Source: Saprospiraceae bacterium (GTDB taxonomy: Bacteria > Bacteroidota > Bacteroidia > Chitinophagales > Saprospiraceae). From it: a stretch of 64,000 bases of DNA. How positions within the stretch are numbered: position 1 is the first letter of the stretch; the number at the start of each line of letters is the position of its first letter. The notes under the pieces were generated by a model. It was given only the letters and a program-made list of their open reading frames with translations. It did not search any database and was not told the DNA's origin. Positions 48,078 through 57,687 of this stretch are shown here, in pieces. The translations under genes and the position numbers were made by a program. The stretch is taken from contig CBDICY010000016.1 in NCBI GenBank assembly GCA_965277445.1, positions 441,604 through 505,603 of the forward strand, given 5' to 3'.

Positions 48078-51000
48078 CTACATCCTCACAAAACGCCGAA
48101 CCGCCATTTTATCTTTAGACCGAATCTCCACAAAATAATTACCCGCTTCCAAATTGGAAATATCCAACTGCATCGTTGCTGAATTTAGCGGAGTAGTCAA
48201 CAAGATTCTGCCATAAATATCTCTGACATAAACTTGAACGGCTCTTTCTCCTAGATTCAAGGTGGTCAATCTTAACCAATTGTGCGCAGGATTTGGACTG
48301 ATTTGAATCGCTGATTGTGGCCATGTTTCAATCGAAGTGGTGGTCGTCGAAATATTAATCGTTACCAGACTATCACAACCCGTAGCAGTCACAAACGATT
48401 CCGTCAAAACCGTATCGGCAGTTATGGTAAGATCATTATACATTCCACCCACTTCGATAACCGTATCAATGATGGTCTCGATTTGATCAGTTAACGTAAT
48501 GGTAATGCTGCTTTCTAGCACAGTTCCACAAGCATCTGTAATCGTTAGAGGGAAAGTGGTCGTCTCATTAATCATGACCGTTTGAGCAGTCAACTCTGTA
48601 TCTACAATGCCGTTTCCTATCATCCAATTATATTGATAAGTCGGAGCAGCGGTTAGTTTAAATGCCATCGCACTTGGGCGCTTAAACTCAATGGCTTCAG
48701 AGAATACTTGAGTTGATTGGAAAGTATTTTTGTCTAATGCTAAATATTCCAACAAAGTAAATCCTCGTAAGCCAACGCCAACACTTACCATACCGTACAA
48801 CTTATCCGTATTGGGGTCAATTTCTAGATTTAAAAAACCTAAATTAATGGATGTTTGCGAACCGATTTGGGTCAGCTCACCCGAATCTATATCGAATTTG
48901 TAGATTTCTATAGCTGTTTCTCCAAAACTTCGGAAAAATAACATGCCTGAATTATCAATAGCGCCATTACTGACATTATCCAAACCGATTGCTCTAACGA
49001 AGGTGGTGGTGTTCATTGTCAAATCAATTTCATAAATATTTCCTGTACTTGCCGTTACATATAATTTTTCCCTAGCAGGGACATAACTTAAATCAGCAGG
49101 CGAAACAAAGCCTCCTTCTCCTAAGTCTAAAGTACTCAATAAGGTAGTTGTCCCTGAATCTGTGGCTATTTGGTAGAAATTGCCTTCAAAATCGACTCCG
49201 TATAACGTTTCTCCTACAAATTCCATTTCTCCTAAGCGAGGAGCCTCTCCAACAAAAAAGGTATCTACGACGCTTGGATTTTGTACAAAGGTTTTGCCAT
49301 AACTCTGTACCTCAAAATTTACCTGATTTTGGAAGAATAGATTCTGTTCGCTAAATGGAATCCCGCCAACTGGATTTGGACTAATTGTCAGTTCGCTTGC
49401 TTCACAGATTGTCTGGTCTGTATGACTTGCTTGAATAGCGCCATTGGCGGAAGTTGCTATCGTTATTGCTTCTACTACGGCTTCTCCACATTGGTCTGTC
49501 ACCGTTACTAGATAATCACCAGCAGCCACATTTCCTAAAAGGATAGGCGTTGTTTCTCCCGTATTCCAGACATAAGTATATTCGCCAGCTCCTCCATTTG
49601 TCCCCAACGCAATGCTTCCATTCGTATCACCAGGACAGGCAGGTGCAGTAAATACAGGACTAACGGTAATCGGGGTTGATTCCAAAAGAGAGACGGCAAG
49701 GCTAAAATCTCCTTGGCCAGCAATAGGATCAAAGAAAAAAGAATCCGCACCATCTACTAGTAAATAATAGGTTTGATTACCTGCTAAACAAAAAGCGGTG
49801 GTATTTGGATGAACATTTAATCCAAAACCTGCAAAACGATTATCGGCAGCAGTCACCAAAGAAAAAGAGCTAAAATCTGCACAATCGCCCGCTTCATAAA
49901 GGGCAATTTGGCTATTAAATCCACTTACTAAATTACTAGAACTAGATAAATCAATCGCAATATTGCCGCCTTCGGGTGGGGTGGTAAAAGTAAACCAAAC
50001 AGAATTATCAATCGACGGTGGTACTGCCCAACCATTACCTTCCAAGGCGATAGGCGTAGGTGCGTTTGGTGGTGTAATACTGGCTTCATTTTCCTGCGTA
50101 GTTGCGCCCAGATTAGAAAAGGTTTGAGCGCCTGCGCCCAATTCAAGGGAAATAGCATTACATACATCATCATTAGCAGGAGCAGCAGTAATTTCTTTGA
50201 TGGTCAAACAACCCGTTCCACTACTGAGAAAAGGGAAAGGATTAAATTCATCCGCCAGAAACCATTGCCCTGAAATTTGGAGATAATAAGTGGCTCCTTC
50301 GGTTAAATCAGCGACCAAAGATGGTGCAATCAGTAAATTAGTAGGTGGGGTGTTACAAGCAATATTTTCCAAATTGCTTAAATCCGTACAATCTTCGTTG
50401 GCGGCAAATAGATTCATTTGGAATAAACCTGTTCCTTGATCAGGCGTAAATGTTAGGAAAACAGGATTGGCTGGTGCAACAAAACTATACCAAACGGAAG
50501 CACTAACGGAATCCGTTCCTCTTGCACAAGCGACTTTTGGTTCATTCAATTGAGCCGTTGCGCCAATTAAGTCTACATTTGCGACTTCCCCGCAGGCAGC
50601 GCCAATCGTCAAGGCAGTTGCATTGCATAAATCATCATTCGCTGGCGGCGGTGGTACGGTAGTGACGGTGGTTGTAACGATGCTATCACAACCATTGGCG
50701 GTTACAAAAGTTTGCATGACAACGGTGTCGCTGTTAATCGGAATACCATTAAAATCCGTCCCGATAATCACCGTAGCTTCGGCAGTTGTCTGGATATTTT
50801 CTACTAGATTAACCCTTAAAGGCAATGCTGTTGTTGTTCCGCAAGCATCCGTAACAGAGACGATAAAATCAGTCGTTTCATTCACCATTACCGTTTGGGT
50901 TGCCAAACTTGGGTCGGTTATCCCGTCGGCTGCCGCCCAACTGTATTGATAGGCTGGGGCTTCAGCAGCTTTAAAAGCAAAAGAAATCGGCCTTGCACTA

Positions 51001-53021
51001 TTCGATAAATCACTAAAGGTATTAGTGACTTGTAGGATCGTTTTATCCCATTCGGTGTATTCCAGATAAGTATGATCCCCAATCCTTTTACTATTCATTG
51101 CATATAATTTATCCGTAGAAGGGTCTACTTCTAAGGCGATAAATCCTAAATCGCTTCTTGTGGAAGGGGCAATCGTCGTTAAAGTTCCTGTGGCTAGGTC
51201 TACTTTAAAAATACCTTGTGGTTGTCCAGCAGTCGTCTGACCATAAATAGTCCCAGAATTATCTATTGCCATCTGAAGAATGCCTGTGATACCCGTGGAT
51301 AAAACCAATGTGGTTTCCCCTGTTGCCCAATTTAAATCATAAACATCGCCATTAGAAGAAGTGACATATAATTTTACTTGGGATGGAACAAAACTTAAAT
51401 CTGCAACTCTTACAAATTCGTCATCGCCCAAATCTAAAGTATCTACTAGCGTAAGGTCGCCTGTATTGGTATCAATCCTAAAAAGTTCATTCCTAAAATT
51501 AATTCCATATAATTGTTCGCCTACAAACTCCATCTCAAATACTCTAACGTCCTCTGTTGTGTTGGAACTAATGATATCCGCCATAGCGGGTTGTTGGACA
51601 AAAATCTTATTTAAATTAATGTTGGGAAAACCAGGTAGGTCTTGATAGTAAAGATTTTTCGTACCCAAAGTAATGCCTCCAGTAGGTACAGGGGTTAAGG
51701 TAACTGAACCAGCCGCACAAATCGTTTGGTCACTATTGGTTAAAGTAACAGGGCCGTTTGCCGTATTGGGTACTTCAAAAGTTTCCACTAATTCCACGCC
51801 ACATTGATCCGTAACCGTAAGCGTATAAGCACCTGCTGTTAAAGTGCCAAGTAAATTCGGTATCGAATCGCCTGTGCTCCAAGCATAAGTATATCCGCCT
51901 GCGCCTCCTGCTACACCAATGGCTATACTACCTTCATTGCCACCAGAACATTCGGGACCAGAAATGACCGATTGTAGGCTAATTGGTTCAACCTCTAAAG
52001 TAGATAGTGCTACCGAAAATTCTCCTTGATCTGTAATTGGTCGAAAGAAAAAGGTACTGCCTCCATCTACTAATAGATAATATGTTTTATCTCCCGGCAA
52101 ACAAAAAGCCGTTGTTTTAGGGTGGGCAATCACGCTACCGAAACCACTAGGATCTTGTAGGAAGCCATCATCTGCGGCAGTAATGAGGGTATAAGAACTG
52201 AAATCGGCACAATCTCCTACTTCATAAAGCGCAACTTGACTATTAAAAGAACTTGCTAAATCAAGAGAACTTTCCAAATCAATGACAACATTAGCGCCTG
52301 CTGATGGCGTTGTAAACGTAAACCAAACAGAGTTGTCAATTACAGGTATATCTGACCAACCACTACTATTTGGATCAAAAAAACTACCCGCTGGAGGGGT
52401 AATTGATGCTTCATTTTCTTGACTAGTTGCACCAAGATTGGAGAAAGTTTGAGCGCTTGCGCCTAATGTTAGGGGCGTTGCATTACATGCATCATCATTG
52501 GCAGGTGTGGTAATTTCGGCGATGGTCAAACAACCTGTTCCAACATTAGGGACAGGTTCTTGTCCTTCAAAAAAACGACCTGATACTTGCACATAGTAGG
52601 TCGTGCCTTCGGTCAAAGTTGCAATGATACTTGGTGCAACCAATATATTCGTAATAGGGGTATTACAACTAACCAAAACTAATGAATCTAAATTGGTGCA
52701 GTTGCCATTTAAAGTAAATAAATTCATCTGAAACCCAATATTTGGGTTGTCTGGTGTTGCCAAGATATAAACAGGATTGGCACCTGCTACAAAACTGTAC
52801 CAGACGGAATTACTCACGACTGGTGTACCTTCTGCACAGGATACTTCTGGTTCGTTGGCTTCGGCGGTGGCGGTAGTGTTGTCAATATTTGGTACATCGG
52901 TACAAGTTGCGCCGATTTCGATGGCCAAGGCGTCGCATAAATTATCGTTGCTTGCTTGGGCGTAAATACTTGCTGAACTTAAAAAGAATAGCAATAGGAA
53001 AAGGATGAAACTTCGGTTCAT
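48078..53021 (-). CDS. Giant secreted protein with C-terminal T9SS (Por) sorting domain and internal ~800-aa tandem duplication
   Basis: Signal peptide. Two paralogous halves begin DNLCDALAIEIGATCTDVPNIDNTTATAEANEPEVSCAEGT... and DDLCNATALTIGAACGEVANVDLIGATAQLNEPKVACARGT.... C-terminus LDISNLEAGNYFVEIRSKDKMAVRRFV. Confidence 0.85.
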   Translation of the reverse strand: MNRSFILFLLLFFLSSASIYAQASNDNLCDALAIEIGATCTDVPNIDNTTATAEANEPEVSCAEGTPVVSNSVWYSFVAGANPVYILATPDNPNIGFQMNLFTLNGNCTNLDSLVLVSCNTPITNILVAPSIIATLTEGTTYYVQVSGRFFEGQEPVPNVGTGCLTIAEITTPANDDACNATPLTLGASAQTFSNLGATSQENEASITPPAGSFFDPNSSGWSDIPVIDNSVWFTFTTPSAGANVVIDLESSLDLASSFNSQVALYEVGDCADFSSYTLITAADDGFLQDPSGFGSVIAHPKTTAFCLPGDKTYYLLVDGGSTFFFRPITDQGEFSVALSTLEVEPISLQSVISGPECSGGNEGSIAIGVAGGAGGYTYAWSTGDSIPNLLGTLTAGAYTLTVTDQCGVELVETFEVPNTANGPVTLTNSDQTICAAGSVTLTPVPTGGITLGTKNLYYQDLPGFPNINLNKIFVQQPAMADIISSNTTEDVRVFEMEFVGEQLYGINFRNELFRIDTNTGDLTLVDTLDLGDDEFVRVADLSFVPSQVKLYVTSSNGDVYDLNWATGETTLVLSTGITGILQMAIDNSGTIYGQTTAGQPQGIFKVDLATGTLTTIAPSTRSDLGFIALEVDPSTDKLYAMNSKRIGDHTYLEYTEWDKTILQVTNTFSDLSNSARPISFAFKAAEAPAYQYSWAAADGITDPSLATQTVMVNETTDFIVSVTDACGTTTALPLRVNLVENIQTTAEATVIIGTDFNGIPINSDTVVMQTFVTANGCDSIVTTTVTTVPPPPANDDLCNATALTIGAACGEVANVDLIGATAQLNEPKVACARGTDSVSASVWYSFVAPANPVFLTFTPDQGTGLFQMNLFAANEDCTDLSNLENIACNTPPTNLLIAPSLVADLTEGATYYLQISGQWFLADEFNPFPFLSSGTGCLTIKEITAAPANDDVCNAISLELGAGAQTFSNLGATTQENEASITPPNAPTPIALEGNGWAVPPSIDNSVWFTFTTPPEGGNIAIDLSSSSNLVSGFNSQIALYEAGDCADFSSFSLVTAADNRFAGFGLNVHPNTTAFCLAGNQTYYLLVDGADSFFFDPIAGQGDFSLAVSLLESTPITVSPVFTAPACPGDTNGSIALGTNGGAGEYTYVWNTGETTPILLGNVAAGDYLVTVTDQCGEAVVEAITIATSANGAIQASHTDQTICEASELTISPNPVGGIPFSEQNLFFQNQVNFEVQSYGKTFVQNPSVVDTFFVGEAPRLGEMEFVGETLYGVDFEGNFYQIATDSGTTTLLSTLDLGEGGFVSPADLSYVPAREKLYVTASTGNIYEIDLTMNTTTFVRAIGLDNVSNGAIDNSGMLFFRSFGETAIEIYKFDIDSGELTQIGSQTSINLGFLNLEIDPNTDKLYGMVSVGVGLRGFTLLEYLALDKNTFQSTQVFSEAIEFKRPSAMAFKLTAAPTYQYNWMIGNGIVDTELTAQTVMINETTTFPLTITDACGTVLESSITITLTDQIETIIDTVIEVGGMYNDLTITADTVLTESFVTATGCDSLVTINISTTTTSIETWPQSAIQISPNPAHNWLRLTTLNLGERAVQVYVRDIYGRILLTTPLNSATMQLDISNLEAGNYFVEIRSKDKMAVRRFVRM

Positions 53022-53398
53022 AAGAGGTTTTTAAAATGTAAAAAATGAGAAAAACACATCCATCCTGCAAAAGACGAAATTGGTGAAGCGTAGGTAAATT
53101 TGAATCCATTAAGAAAATCGCCTATTTGCTCAGATTAGCTGGTTTTTGTTGTGAGTGATGAAAAAATTAAATAGCCTTCTCAATTGAAAGCTGTTTATAG
53201 TGGTTAAATGCAGGTTTTAAAAACAGCCCAACGGCGATAAAACCGTTGAGCCTTTATCTTCTGGGGTTATGCAGAAGGTAGTATCGGATTCCTATTAGTT
53301 AGAAATGTCAGTAGATGCTAGGATAGAATTGTTATATTGTTAAGATTGTTTTATTGTTATTGTAATGTATTTAGAGCGTCAGGTAAAAAATGATGAAC

Positions 53399-53463
53399 AT
53401 CCGTGCCCCTTCATCTATCCGTGGTAGCAATTAATACCACGGATAGATGAAGGGACACGGATA
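53399..53463. repeat. REP-like palindromic element, copy 2
   Basis: atccgtgccccttcatctatccgtggtagcaattaataccacggatagatgaagggacacggat. Confidence 0.7.
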
Positions 53464-53638
53464 TTGGATATTCTTTAATTCTATTATTAATTTTCATAAT
53501 ATCATTTTTCAATCTGTTTATCTATTGCGACACAACAATATAGCCATCAAACAATTCAACAATTATTATTCATTAGACCTGTTCGAGCACTTAAGTGTTT
53601 AGAGAGTAATAAATTACTTCATCAACCCGCAACTCGCT

Positions 53639-53968
53639 TCACAATCGAATAAATTTTTGGGTAAAGCTGCTTTTACAAGCTCTTGAAATAGGTAATTTTT
53701 GTCCATTGCTCAGAACGACTGATTCTCTTTCATCATATTTTTTAAGATGTTCGAGATTAATCAGATGAGAGCGATGAATGCGGATGAAATTTTTGTTGGG
53801 AAGTAGTTGGTCAACTTGTTTGAGTTTGCGGAGTATTTTGACGGAGCGATCATTCGTTAAATGGATAATGGTGTAATTGCCATCAGCCAAGGCGTAAATA
53901 ATTTCTTTTGGATTAACAAAAATGGTTTCGGCTAATCCCCGTAAAGATACACTAGGGTAGTCGGTCAT
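53639..53968 (-). CDS. Stand-alone LytTR DNA-binding domain protein
   Basis: ALADGNYTIIHL...FIRIHRSHLINL is the LytTR core. There is no receiver domain. Confidence 0.8.
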   Translation of the reverse strand: MTDYPSVSLRGLAETIFVNPKEIIYALADGNYTIIHLTNDRSVKILRKLKQVDQLLPNKNFIRIHRSHLINLEHLKKYDERESVVLSNGQKLPISRACKSSFTQKFIRL

Positions 53969-54223
53969 AATGTATGAATTTTTTAGGGTAATGTTTACTT
54001 ATAAATCAATCGCTACCGTTTATAAATACTGATGGCAAGTTATACACTATTTATAGGTTAAACAAAGACATAAAAACTAAATAATTCTAAAAACAAAGTA
54101 TAATTGATACAAATAATTATGTATAAATATTTGATAATTAGTGTTTTGTGAGAATGAAAATAGTACGGAATAATTCCAAATAATTGTGTAAATTGTGGCG
54201 TAGAAAACTCCAAAATAAACGGT

Positions 54224-55684
54224 ATGCAATCGAGCAAATTATTAACCTTAATCAGCGGTTTAGACACTTCGGAATTTAGGTGGTTACACAAATTTTTAAA
54301 ATCCCCTTTTTATAATACCAATGAAAAGGTACTTCGCCTTTTTGAATACATTAAAAAGTATTATCCTGACCTAGCTTCACCTAAATTAGCCAAAGAAATA
54401 ACTTTCCAATACCTCTTCCCCAAAGAAAAATTTTCGCCACAAAAAATGCGGAAACTCATGCACGAATTAGCGACTTTAGTAGAGGATTTTATGGTAGCGC
54501 AACATTTCCAAAAGCATAAATTTGCACGCAAAAAAATATTGACAAAGGAATTGGGGCAGCGAAATCTATATGGCTTGTTTGAAAAAAATAGCGAGGAACT
54601 AACAAGTGATTTAGATAAATTACCTTACCGGGATAAGGATTATTTTTTGGAGCAGTATCAGAATGCTTATCAACTTTTTGCACATCCTTCTACTAATCCT
54701 CAACAAGATTTTATTCCGAAATTATTCCAAATGTCGGATAAGTTAGATCAGTTTTATTTTTTACAAAAAATGCAGTTGAATAGTGTTTTGGAATCGGCAA
54801 AGCATATCTATCAAGTAAAGGAAACATTGCCTTTTTATGAACCTATTGCTCAAGAAATAAAAAATAGGGAACTTGAAAAGACTTCTGTCTTCCATTTGTA
54901 TTCATTGGTCATTCAGCTATTTCAAACACAAGATACCGAGGAAATTTTTAATCAATTGTATGATGCTTTTTTTGATAAAAAAGATAATTTAGGAGAAAAG
55001 GATAAGACGTTTATTTTGAAATATTTAATCAATTTTGTATTAGGAAAAACGAACGAAGGAAATGAAGAATATGTGGAGAAAGGTCTCACTCTTTATAAAG
55101 TTGGTTTGACTGACAATCTCTTAATTACAAAAAATAGAATGACAGAAAGAACTTTTATTAATATTGCGTGGTCTAGTTCTTTTTTAAGAGACTTTGAATT
55201 CACATTAGATTTTATTAAAAATTATAAGCAGTTCTTAAACGAAGAAAGAAGAGAAGAGATTGTAATATTAACTAAAGCTAACCTATATTTTAATTTAGAA
55301 GACTATAATTATGTCATTGAATTGTTATCTATAAATTCATTTTCAATCATTGTTGATAAGTTACGCTGTAAATTATTGTTGCTTAAATCTTATTTTGAAT
55401 TATATCTTCAAGATGAAAGCTATCATAATTTCACAGTTACGCAGATAGAAAATTTTGAAAGAAATATCAGAAGAGAAGAAAAGATTTCATCGACTAAAAA
55501 ATTGGGTTATCTCAATTTTTCAAAGTTTTTTAAAAAGTTAATTGATTTTAAGACTCAAAAAATAAGTTTATCGAAATTTGAGTACGATTTAGAAAAGACA
55601 GCTACTATCTCTAATAGACCTTGGATAAAAAATAAAGCTAATTGGATAGCAAGAATCCAGAATGAATTTGTAGGAGAAACCTAA
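54224..55684 (+). CDS. Hypothetical helical protein (486 aa)
   Basis: Long ORF with no recognisable motifs and Lys/Glu/Phe-rich helical composition. The upstream region is AT-rich. Confidence 0.5.
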   Translation: MQSSKLLTLISGLDTSEFRWLHKFLKSPFYNTNEKVLRLFEYIKKYYPDLASPKLAKEITFQYLFPKEKFSPQKMRKLMHELATLVEDFMVAQHFQKHKFARKKILTKELGQRNLYGLFEKNSEELTSDLDKLPYRDKDYFLEQYQNAYQLFAHPSTNPQQDFIPKLFQMSDKLDQFYFLQKMQLNSVLESAKHIYQVKETLPFYEPIAQEIKNRELEKTSVFHLYSLVIQLFQTQDTEEIFNQLYDAFFDKKDNLGEKDKTFILKYLINFVLGKTNEGNEEYVEKGLTLYKVGLTDNLLITKNRMTERTFINIAWSSSFLRDFEFTLDFIKNYKQFLNEERREEIVILTKANLYFNLEDYNYVIELLSINSFSIIVDKLRCKLLLLKSYFELYLQDESYHNFTVTQIENFERNIRREEKISSTKKLGYLNFSKFFKKLIDFKTQKISLSKFEYDLEKTATISNRPWIKNKANWIARIQNEFVGET

Positions 55685-56153
55685 CCGTTTCTCCTACATA
55701 AATTGATTAAATATCAATACTATCCTCAATAATAATCCGATACGCTCCCAATCTAACAGCAGTTAATAAAGCAACATTTTCTTGAGCATTTTGATTCTTT
55801 AAATTTTTCATCTTTACATAGATTTTTAGGTCTTGCAGGATGCAAGACGTGAATAAATAGGCCCTTTCCTGCGTGGAAAGCGGCGAATCTATTGGCGAGT
55901 AAAAAGGGTTTTTTGAGGTTTTTTTATTTCCCTATTTTCTGACCAATTTGATTAAAAAAAGTGATGGTGCAAAGATGTGGGCAAAAGCAGGAAACTCCTT
56001 TTGCTAAAGCGTTCAAAAATTGTGGTATTGGTTGCGGAGGGGAAAAAAAGATTGTGCTATTGGTTGCATTTTGGAGGTGCGACGACTTGGTAAGTTTCTG
56101 ATTATTAATTGGTTGTAGGTTGCATTAATAGGATTCGATATGATAGAGAAAAT

Positions 56154-57584
56154 TTAAGCAGTAAAAAATATATCCATTCCAAAATCGGCATTAATCAAAC
56201 CTAAACTATGTTTATTAGATTTTAAACCAAAAGTAGAAATAAGGACCATTTGGATTTGTTTTTTAGGCTTTTCCGTTTCTTGAAAAACTCGAATCTTGTC
56301 TCTTAACGTTTGTGCATAGTCTTTGGTAATAGTAAATTGAACATTATAGAATTTAACTTCGGCTAAATTGATAATATGGTCATTTCTGTCAATCACCAAA
56401 TCAATTTGAGTGCCTTTATTCGTGTCATTTCCTTTTGTATAAAAAGTAGAGACCGTTGCGTAAACACCGCCAATTTCTAAGGCTTTTTTGATAGCAGGAA
56501 GGTGTTTTAAACAAATATTTTCGTAAGCATAACCACACCAAACTTTATAGGATTGGGTTTGGCTTAAGCTTGACCAACTTGGCGGATTACGCAAATTCTT
56601 TTCAATAAATCGCAAATAAAACATCGAGTATTCATCAATTAGCCGATACAATTGCCCCTTTTTCTTTTTGCCGAAAGGTGTATATACTTGCACAAAACCC
56701 GATTGCATTAATTCGTCTAGTACCTTAGTCAAATGCCCTCCTTCGGTTAACTTAGCTTTTTGCAAAATTTCTCCTCTAGTCAGGCCATTATGCTTAGTGG
56801 CTAAGGTTCGAATAATCGCTAAATGATATTCTGACCGATTAAATAGGGCGGGATATAAACTTAGGAATTCGTCTCGTAGTAAACCATCTTCCTTAAAACA
56901 GATATTTTCAATATTTTGCACTGCACTTTTTCCATTTTTCAATTCTTTAAGATAATGAGGAATCCCTCCCATCACCATATATAATTGAAGTAATTGATAA
57001 TGGTCAAAATAAACAGAGCGACTTTCTAAATAGGCTTTAGTTTCCACTAAGGAAAAAGGTTGTAATCTAATTCTTTTGGTCACTCGATTATGTAAGCCCC
57101 CTTTATTACGTAAGATTTTCTGAATCATCCAGGAAGCCGCTGAACCACAAAGTACGACTACCATATTTTGTCGAACTGCCCAAGAATTCCAAAAATAACT
57201 TAATCCCTTTAAGAAACCTGATTTTTGAGTCGCCATCCAAGGGACTTCATCAAAGAAAACAACGGTCTTTTTTATTGTTTTCCGATTCCTCAATAATCTA
57301 ACCAATAGGAAAAAAGCATCTAGCCAATCTTTAGGAACTTGCATAGCTTCATCTGGAAAAAATTCTAACAGTCGCTCCGTAAAATTTCGGAGTTGCTCAG
57401 ATTTATCCGCATCTTGTAAGCCTGAAACTTCAAAGATAATATGCTGTTGATATACTTGTTGCACTAAAAAGGTTTTCCCCACTCGTCGCCTTCCAATGAT
57501 AGAAATCATTTCGGCTTCTTCCGATTGTAAAGCTTCTTTTAATAGTGAAATTTCCTGTGTTCGACCAATTAATTGAGTTGCCAT
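56154..57584 (-). CDS. ATP-binding protein (archaeal-type AAA ATPase + DUF234)
   Basis: IGRTQEISLLKEAL...IGRRRVGKTFL Walker A, DEVP Walker B, and a C-terminal DUF234-like region. Confidence 0.85.
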   Translation of the reverse strand: MATQLIGRTQEISLLKEALQSEEAEMISIIGRRRVGKTFLVQQVYQQHIIFEVSGLQDADKSEQLRNFTERLLEFFPDEAMQVPKDWLDAFFLLVRLLRNRKTIKKTVVFFDEVPWMATQKSGFLKGLSYFWNSWAVRQNMVVVLCGSAASWMIQKILRNKGGLHNRVTKRIRLQPFSLVETKAYLESRSVYFDHYQLLQLYMVMGGIPHYLKELKNGKSAVQNIENICFKEDGLLRDEFLSLYPALFNRSEYHLAIIRTLATKHNGLTRGEILQKAKLTEGGHLTKVLDELMQSGFVQVYTPFGKKKKGQLYRLIDEYSMFYLRFIEKNLRNPPSWSSLSQTQSYKVWCGYAYENICLKHLPAIKKALEIGGVYATVSTFYTKGNDTNKGTQIDLVIDRNDHIINLAEVKFYNVQFTITKDYAQTLRDKIRVFQETEKPKKQIQMVLISTFGLKSNKHSLGLINADFGMDIFFTA

Positions 57585-57687
57585 TTAGCAAAGATAATCA
57601 TTATTTTCCTTCGGAATGTATCTTTTTTTAATAGATTCCGAAGGAAAATAATTGAATCTTTGAGAGTTTTCGCAAAAAGTGACGGTA

